Assembly (NCBI GenBank): GCA_001949185.1
Contig: BDGG01000003.1
Location: forward strand, 1,987,663 to 2,051,662
DNA length: 64,000 nucleotides
Direction of reading: 5' to 3'
Source of the DNA: Ramazzottius varieornatus
Taxonomy: Eukaryota > Animalia > Tardigrada
The translations under genes and the position numbers were made by a program. Under the pieces are notes generated by a model. The model did no database searches. It saw only the letters and a program-made list of their open reading frames with translations, and was not told where the DNA came from. This document shows, one piece after another, positions 12,393-22,889 of this stretch (position 1 is its first letter; every line of letters begins with the position of its first letter).

Positions 12393-12826
12393 TTTCCGCG
12401 TCGTGAGAAAAAACCTCCGGAGGAAATGTACACACACTACTCGGCGAAAAGGCTTGACAATACCAGAAGCGTTCTTTCATACGTTGTTACCGATCAGTTT
12501 ATACGGACGACGAGAGTCAATGTGATATCAAATTGAGTTTAATGAAGTTCGTATCACGGAAGACATTCGCATCAGGTGCCGGAAAATAAGTTTGATCAAA
12601 AGCAAACCGAATTCTGTTTAGCATTCGTTAGAAAGATTGGTATGACGGCGCACTTTTTCCACTTGCCAGGTTATGCGAACATGGCTCGAATAATTTTTAG
12701 GCTATTACACAGCAGATCTCGATCGTACCTTTATTTCTAACTACGTACGTTATTCCAAAGTTGATAATTGTGTTTTCCAATGAGGGAAGATTTACGGTAT
12801 CCGTTCCGCTCTTCCACCAACGGCAA

Positions 12827-14188
12827 CTAAGCCGCCTTTGAACGCGGAAATGGATAGTCCGGAGAATCTTCAGACCTGTAAACGCACCTATTAGGAGAAA
12901 CTATATTCAAATAAATATTCGTTTAAGCAAAACGTACGGCTCATATAGAAAATATCGAAGGTTCTTTGTGCCCAGTGTGTTCATTTCCTCAACATCAGCT
13001 TCATCCAGTGCAAAATCCAATACATCAAAGTTCTCCTTTAGCCGAACCTTATTGACAGATTTCGGCAAGACGCAAATGTTTCGTTGTATGAGCCAGCGCA
13101 GCAAGACCTGGGCAGGAGACTTCTTGTGCTTGTCCCCTACCTTCTTCACCACAGGATCCTCTAGTAGAACCGGCTCGCCAGCACACGTCGCCTTTGCGAA
13201 AGCTGGGGACCCAAGAGGGGCAAAGGCGGTCAGCACGATCTTATGCTGGTTACAGAAGTTCAGCAGTTCGCGCTCTGGCAGGTAGGCGTGGCATTCCACC
13301 TTGGAAAACATTTTGATAGGTGAAATTCGATACTTACCGGTACGATAATTATTATTGATACAAAATTGTATCAGTCGCTTGAACTGAGCTGCGTACTTGT
13401 AGATTAGCCGGCTTTATGGAGCAGTTATCGATAACGTGCTGTATTTGTTGCTGGTTGAAGTTCGACAGGCCGATACTTCGCACTAATCCTTCGTCCACTA
13501 GCTTTTCCATCCCCTGGAAGTGATATAACAAAAAGAAGGCTTCGATCAGCTCATCCGTTACAGTGCGAACTGATGGACTTACCTGCCAGATCTTTGAATG
13601 GTCCATGCTGGTGTAAAACTTGTCGGGTTCCTCTGGTTTCTGATACATTTTCTCTTCGCCGATGGCCTTCAGGTACTCTCGGTCGATGGAGAAGGGAACG
13701 TGTATGAGGTAGAGATCCACGTAGTCGAGCTTCAGCCACTTCAGTGAACTATCTAGCGCTTCGCGTACAAGAGCAGGGTCATTATAATGAGGAGGCAACT
13801 ATATCGGTACGAAAGAGACAGAAGGTAGTGATGTAAGTCATGTCCTATAAATCATACTACAGTACCTTTGTAGTAATGAACAGGTCTTCTCGTAGGACTT
13901 GTCCGCTTTCCATGGCCTCCTTGAGCGCTTCCCCCACTTCCGCCTCGTTCTTATAGACGAACGCACAGTCGAAATGCCTGTAACCAATCCGCAGTGCTTC
14001 CGAAACTGCTTCCTTCATCTCACTTCTCGAACCCGGAAAATGCTGAATCAGTGTTGGAAATACACGTTTCATGTTAGAACGAAAACAAAGCAATGGGAAA
14101 GCCACTTCACCGGTTTCTTCTCCGAAGTTCCCATCCCGATAATCGGCATCCTTCTCCCACTATTCAACCGTAAGCTTGCAACGTCCAT
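12827..14188 (-). CDS. Aldo-keto reductase (AKR1A/1B-like), intact
   Basis: MDVASLRLNSGRRMPIIGMGT, GYRHFDCAFVYKNE, REDLFITTK, LDYVDLYLIH, RSIGLSNFN, QVECHAYL, PKSVNKVRLKENF. The D-Y-K-H catalytic tetrad is present and six exons join in frame. Confidence 0.92.
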
Positions 14189-14713
14189 CTTTGTCCAGTT
14201 TCCAGCAAATCGCTAGCACTCCGATCAACAAATTCAATTCCGATTTCCGAACGATTCAACTTCAAACAATCAGTACCCCAACTTTCAAACTCGAAAAGTG
14301 GTATCCTTTGTAACCTGCAGTCGGCAAGGCTGCTTTTCTAAACGCATAATGACGTTGGCCTGGGGCAGTTCAATAAAAATAAGCCATCTCTTTTATGCCT
14401 CTAAAAAGGCTAAGGTACGGCAACGTTAGCGCTTTTATCTTCCCCGATAAGAAACCTTGATCCAGAGACCGAAGACACGAGCACGGTCATGTTTACTTCA
14501 GACATAAAACCCAGAGACTCCCACAAGTTACTGTACATAACGCCAGAGAACGCTTGACATAAAATTCACAGCAAGTACAAATACATGAGAAAATGTGAAT
14601 GGACTGAAATCTGTCTCTTTGTCGATTATTATTCCTCATACTTTTTCTCGTCCAACCAACATTAATAGCTTTTGAGTCTATGTTGTTAAAACATTTTACG
14701 GATGATCAGATTT

Positions 14714-15793
14714 CTAAAGGGACTTGGAAGAGGAAGCCGAAGAACCGGTCGATGTTGCTGGTGGCCCGGCTGGGTTTGACGACGTTGTCCTCTTGTACCA
14801 TCTTCTGGCAGTAATGTCACCGATCTTGTAAAACTAGAAGACCAAAAAAGCCGTTTCTTTGTTGTGAAGCATAGTTAACGCAGTATTCGAACATTTACCA
14901 ATATTAAGCCATCACCGTCAAGATGCGGTTCCGGGGCATACACGTACGCCAGCGTCATTGGGTTCTCCGGAGGAATGTTGTAGTCCACGTGGAGTCCCTC
15001 ACCAGGAACAAAGTAATACCTGTACTGCAAGCAAGCAAAGCCAATTTCACGATTCGTTACTGAATCGAAGCGAAGCTTTTCATGGATGGGGGCTCGGCAA
15101 ACAAATGCGGCAAGATTGTTGTTCCAAGTGACGCACGAATCCGGTGCCGTAGGCTGAAAGCGTGCGTCAGTTGGAAAAGAGACTCAAGGAGTTTGTTTGC
15201 AGAGCTCTCAAAAGATTCGAAAGTACAAAAGGTACGTGATCCTACCTTGAAAGTGATATCCCGAAATACTCCAGAACTTTCGACTCCAAGTTGAAACTCA
15301 ATACTCTGCTTGTAGACTGTTCCGTTGATGCGAACCTCGTGTAAAAATGTAGAATTCTTGTCGGGTGCTACCGAGAACGTGTGAATAACTCGCTTTCCCC
15401 GGAAGTCTTTCATGGCGAATCCTTTCGCTTTGAATACATCTTTGAATTCGAAGACCAAACTAGATGGAGATATCCACGAGTAAAGTGATAGCTACGCTGC
15501 TACAGTATGCGACGAGTAAATACCCAAAGGTAGGAGGCCGTCCGATGCACTACAAACTCACCTCGACCAATAGTTGGCAAAGTTTTCTTGTTGGTCAGTC
15601 GACTGAAATTCCCCTATGGGTACTGGGCTAAAAGGATCCAGTGTCAGAGTATTCTGACCGCCTGCGAAGAACCTTTGCGCGATGGAAGTGTAAGCGTTGA
15701 AACTAAATAGTCTTTGCCGACGATAATCATCTTACCTGCCAAACCAGCGGCGGCTACAAAAATAATACAGGACGCAATATGACATCGGCTCAT
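14714..15793 (-). CDS. SAHS: SAHS-family (secretory abundant heat-soluble, FABP-like beta-barrel) protein
   Basis: Five exons. Signal peptide MSRCHIASCIIFVAAAGLAG, then GEFQSTDQQENFANYW (cf. SAHS1 GKWESTDRIENFDAF), YKQSIEFQLGVE, and FYKIGDITARRWYKR (cf. YKVGDVTAKRWYKK), followed by a Ser-rich tail. Confidence 0.82.
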
Positions 15794-15833
15794 CGTGGAG
15801 TAATCGGTAGGCGTTAAGTCACTTGAGTTTCGG

Positions 15834-16260
15834 ACCGGAAGTGGTTAATTGAAGCTCGAGATCAATGCCAGAACTGAAAACTTCTAACCAAGCAGGTACG
15901 CACACCGGATGGTTAGCTATCCAAGGAATTCATTTGCTCCGTGCAGCATTTCTGTTTACTTACTGCTCGTTATCAGGGTGCAGTCATTTTGCTGGCATTG
16001 AAGGGCGATACGAAGACTGGACTTTGAAGTCTTAATCATGATAGCCAACACGCAACTCAGCGAGTCCTTCGAAGCTTTGCTGATGGCACATACATCCACA
16101 TCGGAACCAAAAGAGGGATCAACATAGAGGACAGGTTTCGTTCACACTTTACCACCCGGAGTTCAGTGTTATGTGCTATAGCGAAGGAAAAGATGTTCAG
16201 TCGGGAAGAACCAGTCGAAGTGACCGGAAGCACAGTGGCGCCCCTCTGCGAACCGGAAGT
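15834..16260. promoter_or_regulatory. Divergent promoter region between SAHS-like and TAF1A-like, with three ETS-type sites
   Basis: ACCGGAAG(T/C) at 15834, 16223 and 16252 in the 660-bp gap between two head-to-head ATGs. Confidence 0.35.
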
Positions 16261-16453
16261 GCTGTTGTAGCCGTTACGTAATGTCATGCAATGGAAATAT
16301 GATATTCCACGAATACAATCAACAATCAGTCGTACACGGTAGTTCGATGCTTGCACCACTTTTCAAAGTTTCAAGTCTAAACGGAAATCGTCTTCAGAGC
16401 TGCAGTTGCAGTCTAATCCTCTACGTGAAGTTGCTTCAAAACGCGTAGTCGAA

Positions 16454-18903
16454 ATGACGATGCGGAACATCAGTCCGATCTTTAGCCATCGCGGCGATTC
16501 AGAGGAGAAAGCTCCGGAAGAGAACGCTGTCGCGGCTATCGCAGATGAATTTGAGGGTATCGTCCAGGGTTTCTTCCGTGGTCGAACAGGATGGAGAGAA
16601 TGGAGGGAGAGTCTTTTGACAGCCATCTACGCACGACGGTTCGGCATAGCGGTACGGATCATTCAGCTAATCCTGCAGAATCTCGGGATATCGCAAGACG
16701 TCTGGATATGGAGAGTACGCAGGAATAATTTCTGAATTTCCGCAGTCAGCGTATGACGTCATCGCTCATTCGCCTTCTTGTTCGTAACGTCATGTGCGAC
16801 TTTCGGCGATATGTCAAAGTTATTTTCCTGGCTTCCTGTAGGTTTGCCTGGTCGTCATGAAAAACATGGAACTGTCTGACGATGTATACCACAAGCTATA
16901 TCGGTAAGAATCAACAGAATTTACATTTTTTGAATGATAGCGATTAGTCTCCGTTTGCAGAGTGATTTATTTTACAAAGACGACGGACTATGACGAGCGG
17001 CGGTTGACTTTGTTTTACGCCATGATCGGTATGAAGAAATCGTCGATGGCGATTGACTATTTGGAGGTACGGAAAACTTTAATCCTTCCGCATGATACAG
17101 TACCACGAACGTGCGTGTGATTTGTTCTGCGTTGCACAGAAAGACATGCCGCGGAAGATGCGCGCGATCAGGAAGGAAATGAAGACCACGTACGGTACAG
17201 ACTATCGTCGTCGTCTGCACGCCGCGTTACAGATGTGGAGGGTGATTGTTTCTTTTTGGAAGACTGACGTGGTCTCAGAGTCCGCAGATATCATTTTCGA
17301 CAGAACACTTCTGATGGATACAAACGGTAGGTTAGACAAAAGCTCCTCTCGAAAACGACAATGAATGGTTTGTTTTGTTGGCAGACCGCGAAAAATTCGA
17401 CTTGTCGCTCTTGGGCGAACGATGCACTCTTCTGGATGAAGAGAAGGGATCTGATCACGGTGGTGATGATGAAAACGCTGACTCCGAAGACGAGGCTCCT
17501 CCTGAGGGCGAAGACGCCCATCCCTTCATGGTTGCTGCTGGTCATGACATCATGCAGAGCTTCAACATGGACCAGAAGCTGGAGGTCTTCGAGCACTTTC
17601 TCGGCTTCCATGCAGATATGGACACTTTCGTCTGGTATTACATACAGGTATGTTCTACTTCAGTCTTCACGTTTCTTTCCTGATTTCTGACTTGGTTACT
17701 TGGTTTCGAGTTGGCAGAAGCTGCGGAACAGATACCGCGACTTCAAACTACCCTGGAGAAGTACTGCGAGAAGAATGCTAAGAGACCGACGGCGTTCCAG
17801 TTCCTCATCAATTTTCATATGAAATACAACGCGGAAGACATCGGCAAACGACGACCTTACCTCAAAGTACCTATCAGAAAACATTCCAATGCCTTTTAGT
17901 AAAGTGACTAATATCATATTTGTATTCGTGCACGGTAGAAACTAGTCGATCTGGTTCCGTATGGCTCGCACGTCACTCAGCTCTGTCTTGACATTCAAGA
18001 CTCGGACGAAGGTAGGTGATTGGCCGTATTTGTCCCTCTTTTCTTTTGAAATCTGAGCAACATTTGAGAATAATACCACAATGGGAATGTTTTGGTTGCA
18101 GACTTGTCGGAAGGACCTCAGCTCCTGGATATGTGCAAGCTGGTTGTCCATGCCTTGGACTACCAGTGCCACTATTCCGACGAGGTATTATGGCAGCGGC
18201 TTGCCAAGACTGTTGCGAACATCCACACAACCAAGTAAGTGGGAAAGAAAACGCTTTCCACAGTTGAAATTTTTCATGGTCGTATTATGGATCGGTATGG
18301 CTGCTGTTTTTAGGGACAAGGAAGTCCTGAGTTTCTTGAAGCAGACGTGGTCCTCTGTTCGATGGTACTGGGATAAGCTACACTTTAGACCCAATCGAGC
18401 GGATGCCGAGGACGACCGCGTGGTGCGACACAAGGTTCAAGTCTGCTGGGCACTGTATGGAAAGGGTAAGAGATGAAGTTTCCATTGCGAAGAACGCTGA
18501 TGCTCTTCAGTGTTGAGGTTGAACCATAATCTGGAATTTTGTTATATTGATAGATCATAAATATGTGACGAAGTCGGTCAAGAACTTCTCTGCGAAGAGT
18601 AGAAGAAAGCTAGACAAGCTCTCACAGGCACTGGACCGAGCTCGCCAGGTTCTACAGTCGGCTGACGAAGTCTCCGAAGAGGAAGTGGACAATGAGCCAG
18701 TTGAGGTACCTCAATCGACGTCAAAGCAGCCCATTGTACAGCCTACTGGCCGAGCGTTTGCTCAATCTGCGGCTCGACCTAATGCTCCCCCTTCGAAAGG
18801 TCTGATAGATACGGAGGACGACTTTTCCTCGACATCGGAATCCGACGCGGAAGATGATAAAAGTAAAAGATCGAAAGACTTGGACAGATCTATGACTGTG
18901 TAA
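16454..18903 (+). CDS. TAF1A: TAF1A-like protein (RNA polymerase I SL1/TIF-IB subunit A)
   Basis: Multi-exon model. DTFVWYYIQLAE, LKKLVDLVP, HALDYQCHYSDEVLWQRLAK, FLKQTWSSVRWYWDKLHF and HKVQVCWALYGKDHKY are collinear with vertebrate TAF1A (DPFVKSYVEMLE, LYQIVP, VLDFAGCTKNITAWKYLAK, WVQEEWNSRKNWWPGFHF, EKAFVAGLLLGKGCRY). Acidic C-terminal tail. Confidence 0.66.
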
Positions 18904-19559
18904 GCTTATGGGCGAAGGATGGCTTACATTGCCGTCCTTTAAGTCTTCTGAGTCTACGTTTTCTGTGATGAATAGTTGCGAAATCGACATCTTATACTGT
19001 TTGGACGGAATCAGATTTCAACAATCAATGATTGTCGATCATTCCGTTGCTGTGATGCTGGGACTCTGCATTATGGCGCACTATAAAAGTATTCACGTTC
19101 TCTTCCGTTCTCTAGAAAGCCAGTATGTGAACCATAAGATGGAAGTTTCAGGTGGTGGCGGGTCGCAGAGGGTTGCAAGAAAACAGAAACTGGCCGGTGG
19201 TCGACGTCGCAAAGACCTTCGCAATGGATTTCTTTGGCGATTCGACGGGCACGGTTTGCCAACTGCGTCGCATAAAGAGGATTTGCGAGCCGTAACATGC
19301 CTGTGGACCGGTGAAATGGCCCATTCAGCCCGTAATCCATCGAGCTTCCATTGATTTTTGATTGGAATGCAGCTGAACGGGCAAAATTATTTGATTCGTT
19401 TCCGACTTCCCATCACAACCATGCACAGCTCACAAGTCACTAGTTCAGCATCTACTTCAAGTTCCGACGCCGCGACGGCATACCTCGTTCCTTATTCATC
19501 ACCGTGTTGTGGCAAGACCAGTGGGGGAGTGTTTTCGGGGATCTCAGCACTGATCTATT

Positions 19560-20319
19560 ATGGCCGGAAGTACGGCGCATGGTCAACCTGTGATCTCGCT
19601 GAATGATCTTCAGAACATCAAGCGAAAGTTCGAAGAGGTAATCAATGATAATATCTCAAAGCCTTGCGATTTTGTTCTATATTGCCGTTTCTTTCAGGAT
19701 TTGGTAGTTCTGACAGATTCTATCCAGAAACTTCAAGCCATCCAGCAGCACTTCTTGGCGTCTCAGGAGCATACGAAGCAAATGGAAACGATACCAGATG
19801 GGGCTGAAGTGCTCGTGCCTCTTTGTGATGGAGTAAGTCGGATGTCTGCTTGGACGGGGCCACAGCAGCTGCGTTAAAAACTTCTGACAAACATTTGTAT
19901 GATTTCAGTTATTGGTCAGAGGGAAAGCTGTCGATGTCGGAGTGAATCTTGTGGATATCGGCGCTGGATATTTTGTCGAGATGGTTAATGTGCTTTCCTG
20001 ATTTACCTGTTGCCGTTCTGTTAACATGGCGTTCTGTTCCATAGAGCCAGGAAAAGACAAGGGATTACTGTAAGCGCAGAGTGGAATTTCTGAATGCTCA
20101 GCTTTCGAGATTGCAAAGCGTTGGACAGGAGAAGATGCAGCAAAGACAGAGTAGGTCTTACTTCCCATGATGGTTGACCGTTTCATTCCCGTCAGAGCAC
20201 GCCTCGTACAAAATCTGTTTTCTCTATCTTCAGTGGTTATCAGTGCTATGCAGCAGCAAATGGCTCAGATGAAACTTACAGGACCTCGTGCAGCAGCAGG
20301 AAGTATCGCGGCAAGATGA
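19560..20319 (+). CDS. PFDN5: Prefoldin subunit 5
   Basis: Five exons: ...GAEVLVPLCDG|LLVRGKAVDVGVNLVDIGAGYFVEM|SQEKTRDYCKRRVEFL..., the prefoldin-alpha signature. Confidence 0.9.
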
Positions 20320-20781
20320 CAGGAGCAATAACTCCCGTTTTTTCCCATTTATAAATGTATACAACTAATCTCCGTTCTCCATCTTGAATGCCATAATCGG
20401 CTCTGTTTATCACTTTGTTCTCTCATACGGTTTTATCGATGTTCTTGGAGAATGTTTCTGACGAAGTCTGCTGCAGAACTCTCGCAGAGAACTCAAATCT
20501 GGGGATCGAGTTTGCACCACTGATGTGCTGCTGAACCGCGCGTTGCTGGAGAGCGAAACGCATGATCAAGCTCTTGATTGTTTACATCTGCAGCGGAAGT
20601 GGGAAGGGCAACACGTCGGGTGACCATTTACAAGTTAAAACTGTACAAAGCGGACAAAAGTCCAATCAGCAAAAGAAAACAATAGTACATCCAGGGTCGA
20701 ACGCGGTATCACGCAAAAATCAAAGACTCCGTCCAGATATGGAAAACAACACGGTGAACGTATAGAGATAAAACAAAATTC

Positions 20782-20955
20782 AAATGAAAAAGTAAAACGA
20801 GTATCCTGACTCAACGTACCGATCAGCTCCAGCTGTTTCGGCGGCGATGGCCCAGCTTCTGTTTGACGATGTTCAGTGTCTTTTGGCCTTCCGTCCTTTC
20901 TTCGCCATGTCCGCCGAATCAGCAGTTGCTGATCGGTACTTGTTGCACAGATACT
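20782..20955 (-). pseudogene. Diverged tandem remnant of the 3' end of the Cys/Pro-repeat gene
   Basis: Direct repeat of 21301-21483 encoding KYLCNKYRSATADSADMAKKGRKAKRH*, with an in-frame stop just upstream. Confidence 0.7.
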
Positions 20956-21391
20956 TGCCCAGCCAGCAAAGCCGAAGATCTCAGCGAACAATGTATCGAA
21001 ACCTGGAAGGTCGGTACTCTTCTGCCCGGTTGGTGTCGCGACCTACGGAGGTTTCGGTCCTTCAGCAGCGAGTCTGCTCAGAGAAGTCGGGAACGGGGTT
21101 GCAAACCATACGGGAGAAAGAAGATCGTCAGAATTTTTTAGACAGCGTTTTAGTGTAGACATACAGAGAGGAAATACTGCCTGTGTTTTGGGAAAACTTC
21201 CACTCTCTCGTAGTCTTGAAGAAATATTTTGGACACTCTTCTTTTTTGTCTTACATTTTTCGAAATTTGGAAAACCTTTGAATAAGTTCTGTACAAAAAA
21301 AAATGAAAAAGTAAAACGAGTATCCTGACTTAACGTACCGGTCAGCTCCAGCTGTTCCGGCGGCGATGGCCCAGCTTCTGTTTGGCGATGT

Positions 21392-22154
21392 TCAGTGTCT
21401 TTTTGGCCTTCCATAGTTCCCTCCCTTCTCCGCCATATCCGCCGAATCAGCAGTTGCTGATTGGTACTTCATGCCCAGATACTGCAAGTAGCCTAGGGCG
21501 ATGGCCGCGAAGCACAGCATGCCTGTCGAACCCAGTCCTAGGGTAAGGAGGAATTCCGGCGACGTTCCTTTGCAGGATGTTCCTGCGCCGAATTCCATGC
21601 CGGCAACCTTCGAGTAAATCTTCACGGACGGAGGAGGGCACTTTCCATCACCAGTGTCTCCGTGCTTGGCACCACGATCCTTTCGATGTTCCAGGTCGTG
21701 CTCCGTCCGGTTGTATGTTGGGCAGGGAGGAATAGCTGGACAGGGAGGTACAGCCAGGCATGGAGGAGAAGGTGGGCATGGAGGTGCAGCGGGACATTGG
21801 CGGACACTTTCTCCAGCTTCGCTTCCGGTAGGGCAGTCGTATTGCCAGCTACCGTAGTAGGTTGGATACGGTTCTTACCGCCTGAAACAAGGCATGTTTA
21901 AGGGTATAGGAAGCGTCACCGATGGTTGTAGGCTGACGCAACTATACCATCCATGATTTCCGATCATTCAACAATCAAGCTTGGGCAGTACGTGCGGACT
22001 GGAAGTCACGAATGATCTAACCACGTTAGATTACGACTATCTGTAAAGTGGAGTACAAGTAAAACCTTCTTTTAGAGGCAAACTTACGGTTATGCTGGGC
22101 AGCAATTCCGGGCGGAAGAATCATCACAAGGATAGGAGCAACGAGAGCGAACAT
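21392..22154 (-). CDS. Unknown ~182-aa single-pass membrane protein with CPxxPP repeats, copy A (possible pseudogene)
   Basis: Signal-peptide exon 22088-22154 (MFALVAPILVMILPPGIAAQHN). Main exon 21392-21873 encodes PYPTYYGSWQYDCPTG...CPAAPPCPPSPPCLAVPPCPAIPPCPTYNRT...FLLTLGLGSTGMLCFAAIALGYL...KRH*. This requires the second AG of TTTCAGGCGGTAAG. Confidence 0.55.
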
Positions 22155-22889
22155 TTCTGGAGAAAATGTAGCAAAAATTTTGTGAAAACTAAAAGTTGTG
22201 GAAAGAGCGACCTTCGTTTGTGCATATGGACTGCCGCCAAAATATATGCTTTGAGCGTGAAACCTCACAACGGTGACTGATAGTTTCGAGTGGTACGTTA
22301 TTGCGAAAATCAAGTAAACGTGGACAATTACAACAGTTCGAAGTATAATGCCAATTGATGAAAAGTATGTAACACTGGTGCATTACATGAACCAACTATC
22401 TGGCGGTGGTAAGTTATGTACGTGGAAAGGTTAGACAAAGGACTGCGCGAATGTTGGAGTGAAGACCCTCTCTGTGCGGTTCACAAACACATCACTGTGT
22501 GATCTCCCAACAATTTTCACTCCGTATCCTAGTCGAGAATCCGGAATATGACAGTAAGTCCAAGTGGAAAGTACAGGAAATATTCCAGGGGGAGACTGTA
22601 CAGTGATGTGTTTTGTACATCGTAGTAGTCCTCGCTAGATTCGGGTGACGCTCTGATCCTGCTTCTCTCTACAAGGAAAGGCACAATGTCTCACAGACTG
22701 CCAGTTGTCTTTAGATGAAAAATACGGCCAAAAAACTCTTACCTCGTCTCCAGCCATTTCCCGCGTATAATGTTAACCTTATGCACGCTGTCTTGAGATC
22801 GTGTCGATATCTGCTGCCAGTCTATTTCTTCGATATCCTCACTATCAGTGGCGTTTGCTTGGGGTGGATTCCGCTCAGAAGGAAAATTG

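Larger units (their letters stand above)
20516..22360 (-). repeat. Segmental duplication, copy A (inverted copy at 60973-62367)
   Basis: Near-identical reverse-complement sequence, with matching ORFs in the track (e.g. 20562 vs 62118, 21447 vs 61763). Copy A carries ~520 extra bp (20782-21300). Confidence 0.93.

Noticed and set aside
22483-22616. Short imperfect inverted repeat (ACAAACACATCACTGT...ACAGTGATGTGTTTTGT)
   Set aside because: Single copy with no clear TSD; too weak to classify.
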